Of a stretch of 64,000 nucleotides of DNA, positions 39,233 through 49,156 are shown piece by piece (within the stretch, counting starts at the first letter, position 1; each line of letters begins with the position of its first letter). The translations under genes were made by a program, and so were the position numbers. Location of the stretch: NCBI GenBank assembly GCA_965655095.1, contig OZ296653.1:25358001-25422000 (forward strand). Direction: 5' to 3'. The DNA is from Haplodiscus bocki (lineage: Eukaryota). The notes beneath the pieces are model-generated. The model was not told the DNA's origin. It saw nothing but the letters and a program-made list of their open reading frames with translations, and did no database searches.

Positions 39233-39689
39233 GTTGTACTTTTCTCAAAAAGTTCAATTGAAGTGTTTCACTTTCTTCAGATTTTTATTAGAGGTAAGCT
39301 GTCAACAATCGCGCCGCAACTTTTGAAACAGCCTTAAAAAGGCGATTTGGAAGCGTGAGCGGTTTTTGCAGTTGGAACAAAAAAGTGGAAACTACGCGAC
39401 GGTTCTGAAATTTTTGAATTGATCCTGCGTTTCTATTCCTAAGCCTTTTAGAATTTCTAACTGACTCAAGACTTTTCCAGTCTGTCCTCTGCTTTGAACT
39501 TTGTTTTTATGGATAAGAAAACAAATTTTTGAAAATCTAAAATTACAAGTTCTGAGTTACAATTATCAGTGTTGATAGGGTGAATAAAATATGAGATTCT
39601 GTTGATACTACGTGATTTGATATCAGTTTTCAAACTTTTCTTAATGTTTCATATTTTTCCTATTGCCCTCAGAAGTAGTGCCAACAGAA

Positions 39690-40095
39690 TTATAAAGTAT
39701 GCTTCACAAATCGGAGAAACTCGTCTTCTGACATCATAGGTATTAAAGCATAGTAAGCGCAAAACACATATGCAGTAGAGTCCGCAAAAGTTAGATGTAG
39801 GTTTCTGAAGTTGATAATTAATGATCTCCTTTATTCCGAAATCAGTCGAATCCACACGACAGGAAATGTTCTTGTAAGAGGTAGACCCAGTGGGTCGCGA
39901 AAGCAGTATTCGTTTTGTCTATTGCAATAGAGCAGCCAGAGTGAGTTCCATCTTTTTCTGAATTGTCCGAATTGACAACGAAAATATTTTCTCTGAGCGT
40001 AACAGGGAAAATATCTGCAGAATAAACTCCCTCAAATTTAAATTTCAAGTGCGCACATTTGTTAACAACTCTCCATAACCCAGTTCAACGATCAT
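39690..40095 (-). pseudogene. Adenain-like cysteine protease
   Basis: FEGVYSAD, VVNSDNSEKDGTH(W), CDPLG and QLQKPTSNFCGLYCI give His/Asp/Gln/Cys catalytic motifs. Frameshifted. Confidence 0.88.
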
Positions 40096-40119
40096 TTCTT
40101 GCTATCAATCTTCGTATTG

Positions 40120-41405
40120 AGAAAAATGTTTTTCGATACTTTGCGGAAGGAAACGATGTAAATTGTTGGAGACTTTTCTCCCAGAAAGAACAGCTCTAGG
40201 CTGTCTGTTAGTTCAGCTGAGAAGCGCAAATCAATTGATATGGAGCCGTTGGTTAACTCAGGTTAGAGATAGTCGTGAGAAGCCTGTTGGGTGCTTGTAA
40301 GGTCGAATACTAAAACGTAGTGGTTTGGAAAGTCGGAAAATGGAACATCAAGGCCGTGAGATTCCAATGGAAGAGCCTCGTGAGAGTTTAGGTAAAGTTT
40401 TTATTGTTGTCTGTCTGTAGTGGTGTTGCAGCAATGGGATAACCATTCCGGTACACCTTAATGTTCTCTAGGTTGAACTTCTGGTAGTGAAAAGGATTGT
40501 CAGCTTTCGAGCCAAGGCTTTGTTTGTTGTCATCGCCAAAGCAAAACGTCGGATAGGTTCGCGATTAAAAATGTCCTCATGGTTCCAACTTTTCGAACCT
40601 GTCGAAACTAGAGAAGTTTTTGGTATCATTTTTGTGTATCTGCAGATTGCAGGTGTCTTCGTTAGGGTACTTTCAATTGCAGAATAAACATTTTCAGAAA
40701 CTGTCATTTTACGTACATACAAATTTGCTGGTGATATTTCAATCTTGTAATCTTTATATTCATCATCATAAATCAAACAGAATTCGCGATTATTTCTGAG
40801 AAAAGATACCCGGAGGGCTACGCCGCTGATGAGATGTTTCTCGCAAGAGAAAATATCAGCTGCAACTTTGCCAATAAATGTAACTACTGCAGACCGTTTT
40901 GTCTCATTTTGACGCTCTATAAACACAACATCGGTAAAAGTGTCGGGTGATTTTTCGTAGGAATATCCTTGACACTTCAACCATGTGTCCTAAGCCTCTC
41001 TATTATGAGAAAACTCTGGCTCGATGAAAGCTTTCTGCGCATAGTTTCCATTGGATGAAGAAATTTTCATGCCATTTGCAGAGACACTGCAATCAGAAAC
41101 TAACGAGTGTAATGTGTTGTTGACGAAAATGGGTAAATCACTTGCCGCTGCATCTCCAGTGGTGAAACGAAGCCTATTGCTGTCCGACTGAAGAATTTTG
41201 CACTTCACTTCGAGGTAGATATTCTAAATCGACGAAGTTGGTTCTATCTCCTACTACTTCGAACTCTAAAGTAGGTCCGTTTGGAGAATAAAGGGGTCCA
41301 ACCTTCTGCTCAAATGAAGCATCAAATGTGATCAGAACTGGGGTCTTTCGAATAGATCCCACGAGCTATGCGATGCTTCAACTGGTAGAACGTTAGGTAA
41401 CATTT
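40120..41405 (-). pseudogene. Major capsid protein (double jelly roll, PY)
   Basis: GPTLEFEV, NNTLHSL..DCSVSANG..ISSSNGNYAQKAFIE, ANLYVRKMTV, PIRRFALAM and YVLVFDLTS. Frameshifted. Confidence 0.88.
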
Positions 41406-41411
41406 TCAACT

Positions 41412-41778
41412 TTAGAGAAGAAATCTGACCGACTTCTCTGTAGCTTGCGTTTTAGTCGAATGTTTCTGTTTTTTTCGGCGCCCAACCCCTCCTATTTGCT
41501 TTTTGACTGTTTTTTTTTCAGTGCAGCTTTTGCTGCTCGTTTGAAAGATTTCTTCTTTGTAGCAACTTCCATTATTTCTGGTAACTTTGGACAAATAACT
41601 CTTTACCAATCGATTGAACAGCAGGTAGAAGTACTTTTTTCGCAAATGGCAATGCAACGCGTCCGACACCAAGTGCTAAGGATCCAAAACCGCCACCTCG
41701 TTGACGAGCAAGGCCGGTGAAAAGAGGCATGATAGCTTGACGTGAGTAATAACTATCCAACGTTTCAAAATTTTCCAA
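41412..41778 (-). pseudogene. Basic core-protein-like ORF (PW-like)
   Basis: YYSRQA..FTGLARQRGGGFGSL and KQIGGVGRRKK: basic, with adenain-type xGG cleavage sites. Confidence 0.7.
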
Positions 41779-41779
41779 A

Positions 41780-42595
41780 CTTTGAGCGAGAACTACTCTT
41801 CCTGTGCCAACAAAAGGAACTTAATTTCCAGTAGGTGTGACTGAATTCAACACTAGTTTTTCGAATTGCAACTCCGTGAATGTTTTATGAGTTGTAGAAG
41901 ATGTGATATTGAGCTTACCGTCTGTTAGCTTTCTTCCTGTATCAATGACGCGTAATATTGGTGCTTTGGCGCCAACAACGTGTTGCTGTTCTTTGATGTT
42001 GCCGTTAACAAAAAAGATTCCTGTTCGTGAAAGAATATCGGCTGGAAAGTCTCCTTTCATTGGCTGTGTTTGATTCCGTACCTTGTTGTGCGTTCCGATG
42101 AAGTATCCACCTCGAGTGGTGTCAGGGACACCACTAAACCGTAATACGTCCAATAAGCTGCGGTCTCGAACACTGATGCCATAGCCTTCTGCAAACTCCA
42201 GCTCAACCGTTTTCTGTTCACAACTTGCTTTCAGGAGTGGTTTGTTGAATACTGTAGCCTTTTTTAGTATTTCCAAGATATTCTCTATGCTTTCAATTTC
42301 TCCGTCTGGGAATGTTGCGTTGCTGGAAAAATCCGGACGTTGAACTATCACGCCTGCAAAAGCTGAGCGGTTGAGATTAGACAAAATTTATTTCGCCGTG
42401 CGAGGTGTGTAAATGAAGTAATCCTTTGTTACATTTTTGATATTAGAAGGAAACGTAATTTCTCCCAATGCAACTCGCCAGTCTCCATCCAAATGCAGGA
42501 GTTCAGAGAGCACGTTGCGAAAGTATGCCATTTTGTTGTTTTGGTAGGTTTGCGTTGAACCGGTTGACTCTAAAGAGATCAAATTCGTCCACTTT
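41780..42595 (-). pseudogene. Minor capsid/penton (PX)
   Basis: LESTGS..YQNNKMAYFRNVL..LHLDGDWRVALGEITFP, FFVNGNI..QHVVGAKAPILRVI and VPFVGTG. Confidence 0.85.
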
Positions 42596-43495
42596 CAGCG
42601 AATTCTTATCAGTTCTGGTTCATAAAACTTTCCTTGAATGTTTTCACCAATTTTGTCAGCCAATGAATACGTAGGCGGATTGAATGTTGCAATATTGGTA
42701 ACCCGAAAAACTTCATCAGTGAAATTTTTTCTGTAACCTTTCTTGAAGGTTGAATCTTCTTTTGCAATTTGAACCCTGTTGACTATTTTATATCTTGGTT
42801 TCCGAACCATTTTCCTCGTTAGCTCAGCTTGTAATGAAATTAATTTTGGAACATGTCGCATCGAGATTTTATTTGGTGCTAAGCCAGTCATTCTGTTGAC
42901 GCGAGAATTGATCGTTTGTACAAATGATTGCAAATCGTTCATGTAGTGATACGACCACTTGTTCTCTAAATGTTTGTATATGTTTCTCAAGGACCGGATG
43001 TTTCTTTCGGCAAAGGCTGACTTCGCTTCACTATGAACTGAGTACGTTGCAATCTCATTGCTTTGGCAAAAACGTTCAAAAGCACCTCTGAATTCAGTTC
43101 CCTTGTCCGACCAAACTTTGTGGTTTCTTCTTTATCATTCGAGCAAAGGATTTTGCAGTTTGCTCTGCGGATTTGGAGCGCATGGGTTCCACTCTTAGTT
43201 TCCGTGACAGAACGTCAACAGCAACCAGTAAATATTTTACTCCATGATTATACTTGGCTAACTTGTCAACGTAGGCCACATCAATGTCGTATGAGATAAC
43301 TTTGAGACGTGGAAACTTTCGGCGGAACTGCCTGTACTTTGTGTGAGCATTTTTGTTTCTCAAGAATGATTTCAATTTTTTTCCGGGGTAGTTTACTTGC
43401 TTTTTGTAAGTTGGTTATACTTCCGTAGGCTGCTGGTCCTTTCCGATAGAGTAAATCTATTTTTTTCCTCGTCGTTAGATTTGATCCCAGCGTCT
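42595..43495 (-). pseudogene. Retroviral-like (rve) integrase of Maverick type
   Basis: YRKGPAAYGS, KYLLVAVDVLSR, WSDKGTEF, KSAFAERNIR, FKKGYRKNFTDEVF and GKFYEPEL. DDE residues present; frameshifted; no chromodomain seen. Confidence 0.92.
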
Positions 43496-43559
43496 CGTTG
43501 GGCTCTTTTCTTCCTCAGGATCGTCGATAGAGGACGCATCATCGGAAGAGATACTTGCC

Positions 43560-44119
43560 AAATGTCGTTTTTTGCGAGTTCTGTTTTTCCGGGTACTGAT
43601 TCCAACCCTTTTCTTACCGCTTGCTGTTTGCAAGTATGATTTGGCCGTTGAATTAGGGATCAAATGAGGTGAAATGTCATTTTTGTCGAGAAATTTTTTA
43701 AAGTCTGGATCGAGCAGGCCTCTTTTCGGTTGTTGTAGGTTATAAGGGAAATTGGTTGTTTCAATCTAAGTTTCTCTGTCGCCAATTTTTAGAAAACCAT
43801 CTTCGCTTATTGAAACATTGTCTGAATCAAAAATTTTCCGGAGAATCGGTTTGCTTTTTTCTATCTGCCATGGTTTGATCATTGACAGGGATTTCAGCAC
43901 TCTTTTCTCGATGATTTATTTCTGCAATGGGCTCCACTGAGGTCTTTTATTCAGCTTCTCATCCTGTTCAACTGTTTCTGAAGATTTTTGCTGTCTTTGA
44001 AGCAAAGATATTATTTGTGCTTTCTGGTTTATCGTTGCATCATCTAAAACTTCCAGCGTTTTCGGTTGTTGTTTAACGTAGTTCTCTTTTGGTATAAGAA
44101 TAAATTCTTGAGAAGTCAT
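43560..44119 (-). pseudogene. Conserved Maverick ORF (PZ-like)
   Basis: MTSQEFILIPKENY..., ISEDGFLKIG, YNLQQP and IPNSTAK, located immediately upstream of the integrase. Confidence 0.5.
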
Positions 44120-44360
44120 GGTGTAAAAGTACGAGCTGACTGGTCGACTGATCACTGAGTAATTTGATTCCTTTGGTTGATGCAAGTGTCCTTCTTCTTT
44201 TCTCAGCCTCGCAAGGGACTTTGCCGTTTATAATATTTACCGCGCATTCGCATATGAATTTGATTGCGTCATCGTTACACTCACAGATGAAGCTTTTGTA
44301 GTCCTTCTTGTTCTTTGTACTCTGTGAATGCTTCAGTGTAAGCTCGTTTTTCTCGTTCAT
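44073..44360 (-). pseudogene. Conserved small Maverick ORF (ICECxxNIxxGxVP family)
   Basis: AIKFICECAVNIINGKVP motif, positioned between the ATPase and the PZ-like ORF. Confidence 0.6.
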
Positions 44361-45001
44361 TTGTCAGATTCGTTTCTCTGGCAATTTCGGAAGGTATATG
44401 AGATATGCTGGCACCTGGTGCTGTAATATTGGAACAAAAATGTAAGCACTCGCTAGTTTTGGATCTAAGTTATTCAAAAAGTGTCCGTAGGGTTCCAAGG
44501 GTGCTCTGGTAAAAAAATCTCGTATGAACTCAACTTTATTCAGCTACCTGCCGAAGTGATCAATTTGTTGTAAATCGCGTGGTGACTTGAACAAAATGAG
44601 GGGAGTTGTATTGAGGTCAATGGTATGCGACCACTTACTCTGATGAAATAAATTATGTTTCACGAAAATGCAATGAACTTTTTGTCTTCCGGCAACAGCA
44701 AGTTTCACAAACTCTTTTTCCTGATAAATCTCTTCGCATGAATCATCGAAAACTAGTAGGCAATCCTCTAGCTTCTTGATCATGCTGAAATATAGACAGG
44801 GAACAAACTCTATATCCAAATTCTTAGCCACCTCGTTAAATACAGGTTGATACTCTTTGTAAAAATAGAACGTTTTTTTTTGAAACTGGGACGAAATGTT
44901 TTGGAAGCTAACATGGAAAAAATTAGTCTAGTCTTCCCGGATCCACCAGGACCAACAACGGACATGAAAAGACGGTCGCTTGTGAAAATTATTTCGTTCA
45001 T
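44360..45001 (-). pseudogene. FtsK/HerA-family genome-packaging ATPase
   Basis: Walker A VVGPGGSGKT, Walker B LLVFDD, AVAGR, IDLNTT.LILFKSPRD and PYGH. Frameshifted. Confidence 0.92.
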
Positions 45002-45275
45002 AACCGTGGGCTAGGAAGTATATATCCAACTGCAGCTGACAAGACTGATACCCAAAATGGCATATCCTCACAGGGAACTTCATAGAAGGTGAGCTTAATA
45101 AGACACGATATGATTACAATCAACAGTGTAATTGCTTGGAAAAAAATACAACTTCCGATCTAGGTAATGTTGTGGAATTGCAAAACTTCCAAGCGGACCT
45201 TTCGCTATGATTCTCATCAAATACTAAATCTTCAACGTTAATCGCTTCTTCGCAGTCAACTGTTCGGTCTTCCAT
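45000..45275 (-). pseudogene. Small two-TM membrane protein
   Basis: RSEVVFFS-LIVIISCLIKLTF...FWVSVLSAAVGYILPSPRL, directly upstream of the ATPase. One frameshift. Confidence 0.6.
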
Positions 45276-45365
45276 CCTCCAAAAAAATGAATAGTTACTC
45301 AAAGTTAATTGAAATGAAGCAGATACTTTCACAATCATACGTAAAATACGTTTATATTAAATTCA

Positions 45366-45602
45366 TCACTTCTTGAAAGTCACTCGGTATTGACATTTCG
45401 TTCTTCTCCCATATGGAGGTAAATAGGCAATTTCCAGAATATCTTTTCGGGATTTGAGTTCTTCCGCAATCTGTTTGGGTAATAGATGATCATCGATGCC
45501 GGATAATATGATGGGATCAGGTGGTGGTGGTAGCTCCAGCAGTTGGATTTTCAGCTCCTTCATCAAGTTCTGCAGACGTTGGTTTGACATTTTTCTAATC
45601 AA
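45366..45602 (-). CDS. Hypothetical Maverick protein
   Basis: Open 78-aa frame co-oriented with its neighbours. No motif recognised. Confidence 0.4.
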   Translation of the reverse strand: MIRKMSNQRLQNLMKELKIQLLELPPPPDPIILSGIDDHLLPKQIAEELKSRKDILEIAYLPPYGRRTKCQYRVTFKK

Positions 45603-45750
45603 TGAATTGGAGGAAGGAATCTATGGAGTTTGCGCTACACTTCAGGTGAAAATAATCTGCTGGAGATATATTGATAACTGTTTTCCGTAAAAGTTTGCGA
45701 TCGCCAATTTTTGTGTACTCTTCTTTAACGAAGTCTATCGAACAATTGTT

Positions 45751-46392
45751 CTAATGATTACTTGTTGTCGCATTTTGTATTGTTGATACCGAAATTGTTG
45801 GGTTCGGGGATAAGAGACAAGTCGTAGGTTGTCTTTGATCATTTGGTCCGCTGCAATGTTGGCAAGGTTGTTCTTGCTGGTATTGTTGTTGTTGTTGTGG
45901 TTGTTGTTGGCAACAGGTGATCCAATCGAAGAACAAACTAGCTTTCTCTCTTGCGCAGTGGTCCCTGTGGTACTTATTTTGGTGGTTCAAGCAGATGAAA
46001 CCATCCGTTTTATTGAACTCTGAGGATTTTGGACAACTTAGCGTGTCCAAGTCGATGGTGTGCGGGAAAAAACTACTCAAATACTCACACTTTTCTCTAC
46101 CCTTTGCGTACACCAGTATGTTCGGGAATCGCAATTTGAGGCTAAGGAAGAAACAGAAGACGAATGAACAATCGTAATTACCAGAATCCCAAGTTAGACC
46201 GTGTAAGTTTTTTGTTACCCAGTTATACGATTTCAGAGCTTTGGCGTTGAGAATGTTGGAACTATCTGGATGTCTTAATAAAATAGTGTCGTGGTAGTCT
46301 ACGCCCCGGACTGATAATTCCTTCAAGATAAAAGGTTGATTTGTCAAAGGATAGACTTCAAAATCGATAACAACTGGTTGAGGGCTGAGCAT
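45751..46392 (-). CDS. DEDD-type 3'-5' exonuclease-like protein with a poly-Q tail
   Basis: VIDFEVY (ExoI D-x-E), FILKELSV, WVTKNLHGLTWDSG, KGREKCEYL and C..H....HCA. Frame is intact. Confidence 0.65.
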   Translation of the reverse strand: MLSPQPVVIDFEVYPLTNQPFILKELSVRGVDYHDTILLRHPDSSNILNAKALKSYNWVTKNLHGLTWDSGNYDCSFVFCFFLSLKLRFPNILVYAKGREKCEYLSSFFPHTIDLDTLSCPKSSEFNKTDGFICLNHQNKYHRDHCAREKASLFFDWITCCQQQPQQQQQYQQEQPCQHCSGPNDQRQPTTCLLSPNPTISVSTIQNATTSNH

Positions 46393-46589
46393 TGCAATGC
46401 ACTGATGGATACGTTGAGGCACTTTTTCCTGACGCGAGATAGTCAAGACTGATTTCGTTTTCTGGATAATTATAGTAACATAAATGCTCAGCTGTAATAG
46501 GTTGAAAAGTATACCTGTGTAGCAAACTAAGTATTTTATTTCGAAAATCTAAACCAATCAGATAACGATGGTGTTTCATCAGGACTGTT

Positions 46590-46820
46590 CTAGTGGCATC
46601 TCCAATGTAAAAATGCTGCTCTTATCAGGTGAAGAAAAACTACAACTGATATTAATTGGATGAGAATATTTGTGTTATAGGAGAAACAAACTGCGTCCTT
46701 CGAAACAGCTTCAGTGGTTTTCGGAGGGATCTGCAGAAGGGTAGTTTGCACCGTGGATGAATTCCAGAAACGATCTATCAACAAGAGAGACATACTGTAA
46801 AAAACGACTGTGAGCCACAA
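46590..46820 (-). CDS. Small putative membrane protein
   Basis: Hydrophobic N-terminus, Ser/Thr-rich linker and a second hydrophobic stretch ILIQLISVVVFLHLI. Confidence 0.4.
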   Translation of the reverse strand: MWLTVVFYSMSLLLIDRFWNSSTVQTTLLQIPPKTTEAVSKDAVCFSYNTNILIQLISVVVFLHLIRAAFLHWRCH

Positions 46821-46860
46821 TAAAATCTAATGAAATGAAAAAGTGTGTCTGTCAATGGTA

Positions 46861-47163
46861 TCATAAAAATTTTTCACACCTTTTGCCACCATATAGAGAT
46901 TTGCAAAAACATGCTACTACCAGAGGATCTCTCAGACGAACACGTTTTCCTCCATTCAAGCAGTAACCTCGGTATTTTGGTGAGCATTCAAGTGAAACGG
47001 TTTTTAATGTCGAACTTGTTACCCGTAGCTTTTCTGTTACATCTTCACTACTATCCATGCGAGGTTTGCTACGATGATTGAGAACTACAGCAAGTACACC
47101 GGCCGCTAGTAGGAATAGGCCAACAAGAACTATGGCAGCAAATAGCTGATGTTTGTTGAACAT
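46861..47163 (-). CDS. Signal/anchor plus EGFR-ligand-type EGF-domain protein (viral growth factor-like); Cys3 changed to Arg
   Basis: Hydrophobic FAAIVLVGLFLLAAGVLAVVL, then C-SPKYRGY-C-LNGGK-[R]-VRLRDPLVVA-C-F-C-KSLYGGKR-C. This is the x7/x5/x10/x1/x8 spacing with YxGxRC. Confidence 0.85.
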   Translation of the reverse strand: MFNKHQLFAAIVLVGLFLLAAGVLAVVLNHRSKPRMDSSEDVTEKLRVTSSTLKTVSLECSPKYRGYCLNGGKRVRLRDPLVVACFCKSLYGGKRCEKFL

Positions 47164-47241
47164 TGTGATTTTCATCACAGGTATTTTTTAGAACACACTT
47201 GGGTGGAAAATTAAGGTGTCTGACGCCTTGGATGTTTTTAA

Positions 47242-47453
47242 TTAACTTCAAGGCTGTGAATGTTACGTTACATAATCTAGTGCAGTGTACACAATAATGC
47301 AAACAAAGTATTTGCATGAACAAAAAAGTAGGTCACAAAGTTGAAAAATTTGGGTCAAACAACAAATAAAATTGAGGATTAGACCCGTCGTAAGCCCCAC
47401 ATTTGCAAAGGACCCCCCCCCCCGTTGTGAACACCCCCATCCCCTATACTACT
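47242..47453 (-). repeat. Maverick right TIR
   Basis: Ends CCCCTATACTACT and is followed by the TSD TATGTG. Confidence 0.95.
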
Positions 47454-47881
47454 TATGTGATAAGTTTATCACAGCTAAATTGAAAGTCGACTGCAAAAGC
47501 TAATAAAAAGAAAGCTTAGCATGAACTAGTTCTGTAACATAGTACAACAATTGTACAACGCAAGTTCCGATTCAATAACTTCAAATTCTCTCGCAATACA
47601 TGAGCGAACACAATTTTCTCCGACAAGTTTTTGTGAATGAACAAAAATTTCATCGACCAGAGTTCTCACAAGAAATCAGACATGTAAAAATGTGAAGCAT
47701 TTTAAAAAAAAAATCTGTTCAAACATGTTGCGGGCCAGACATACCGACCACGAGCCATCTATGTGGGCAGCGGCTTTACAAAACTCGAGTTTACGCTTAG
47801 CTTATTAAAGATCTTTTTAAATACTACTTTTGATTCCGATATTCCTCAGCTCTAACTAAATCCCATGACGGAACACTCGTA

Positions 47882-48289
47882 TATTTTTTCCTCCCATATT
47901 TTCTATATGGCAGGGAAATTATTCATTCATCATTCGACTTTTCTCATATAAAGCTTGCAACTTGCACGATTAGCAAACTTGTACGATTCTGGTCTCGATT
48001 TTTTTCCACTGACATGCAAAAAAAATGCCATAGAACTTGATTAAAATAGTAATATTTCTGATAGAAAAGACGTTTTTGACCAAAATTCGTTTATATAAAA
48101 GATCAAAGTTTTCTTAAAGGTTCAAGGCGGCAAATTTGCTGCAAAATCCACAATAAAAAGTATTTTTTCACTAGAAGTTTTGGTCCCTATTGATTTTCTT
48201 CGGTAGCTTCCTCCTGAAGTCACTTTTTATAGCTGTTTTAAGCAAATATGAGCGGCGGAAAATATCCCGGTACTAACCGGGCGTCGTTT
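47882..48289 (+). mobile_element. DINE/HINE-like element, copy D
   Basis: 5' inverted repeat (ttttcctcccatat...atatggcagggaaat), GGCGGAAAAT at 48254 and a perfect hairpin CCCGGT-ACTA-ACCGGG at 48266-48281. Confidence 0.6.
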
Positions 48290-48370
48290 GGAACCAACAT
48301 TCAAGTCATCAATCATGAAAAGGAACTCTTTTTGTTACAGCGTAGGTACTGAAAATGCTTCCAAACTAAC

Positions 48371-48692
48371 TATTTCTTCGCCATCATTCAGCAGCTGATG
48401 ATTTTTATTGATAGCCGCAATTCTTCTGAGCTGTTCCACAACAGGAGCCGCTTTCAAACTTTTTGTTGACACAACTGTCGGTTCAGAGCCTTCATTTACG
48501 ACTGAAGAGTCTTCGTTTACGTCGTATTCAAGCTCACACTCAGCAGCACTCCACAAATCCAAAAGCAATGAAAGACTTTTCAAAATTTCGGGCAAGTTTC
48601 CAAATTGAAGACTCAATTCTAACCGCAGGGCAAGAACTAAGTACTGGTCTTCTAAGGGTATCAATGTTTCTTCGTCTGAGCCTCCAAAACTC
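48371..48692 (-). CDS. HERC2: HERC2 exon
   Basis: IPLEDQYLVLALRLELSLQFGNLPEILKSLSLLLDLW matches HERC2 IPLQDQHLAL..LLELAVQRGTL. Acceptor tttctag|G at 48692. Donor ATA|gttagt (phase 0) fits the acceptor at 19165. Confidence 0.88.
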
Positions 48693-48853
48693 CTAGAAAC
48701 ATTTCAGCTCAATTATTCGAACCATGTTTCACATAAGATGTTGCACTTAGACTCAGCTAAATTTTTTTTTCATTTGGCACTTCACAAGCAAAAATTCCAA
48801 ACTCATATAGATTTTGAAAATAATAACCGAAAGAGTTTTTGGAAAGAGTTTTT

Positions 48854-49156
48854 GGACCAAGTGAACAATCTTTCTCTCTCTCTCCCCCCCAAGTGAACAA
48901 TCTCCCCCCAGACTATAGTAGCTATCTGTAGCTGATCAGTATTGAAACCGGTGACCTAAGTACCACTACATCGTCCGTATGAATGCCTTCGGTACTCTCG
49001 GAGATTATTGTCTGGCGTCAATAAGAACAAGTGATACTCTTAGTTGGAAACCTCTGATACGAATATCGGTTTCTCTAGCATTCATTGCTTAAGGTAACCT
49101 AGTGAACTATCTCCCCCTCCTAGCAGCAGTTAGAGGGGAGATTGCTCACTTGGTCC
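48854..49156. mobile_element. 303-bp MITE with 8-bp TSD
   Basis: TIR GGACCAAGTGAACAATCT / AGATTGCTCACTTGGTCC. TSD GAGTTTTT at 48846-48853 and 49157-49164. Confidence 0.85.

Larger units (their letters stand above)
23396..47453 (-). mobile_element. Full-length Maverick/Polinton (endogenous polintovirus), 24,058 bp, decayed
   Basis: 212-bp TIRs starting AGTA(A/G)T and ending ACTACT. Identical 6-bp TSD TATGTG at 23390-23395 and 47454-47459. Contains pPolB, integrase, ATPase, protease and major and minor capsid genes. Confidence 0.97.
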
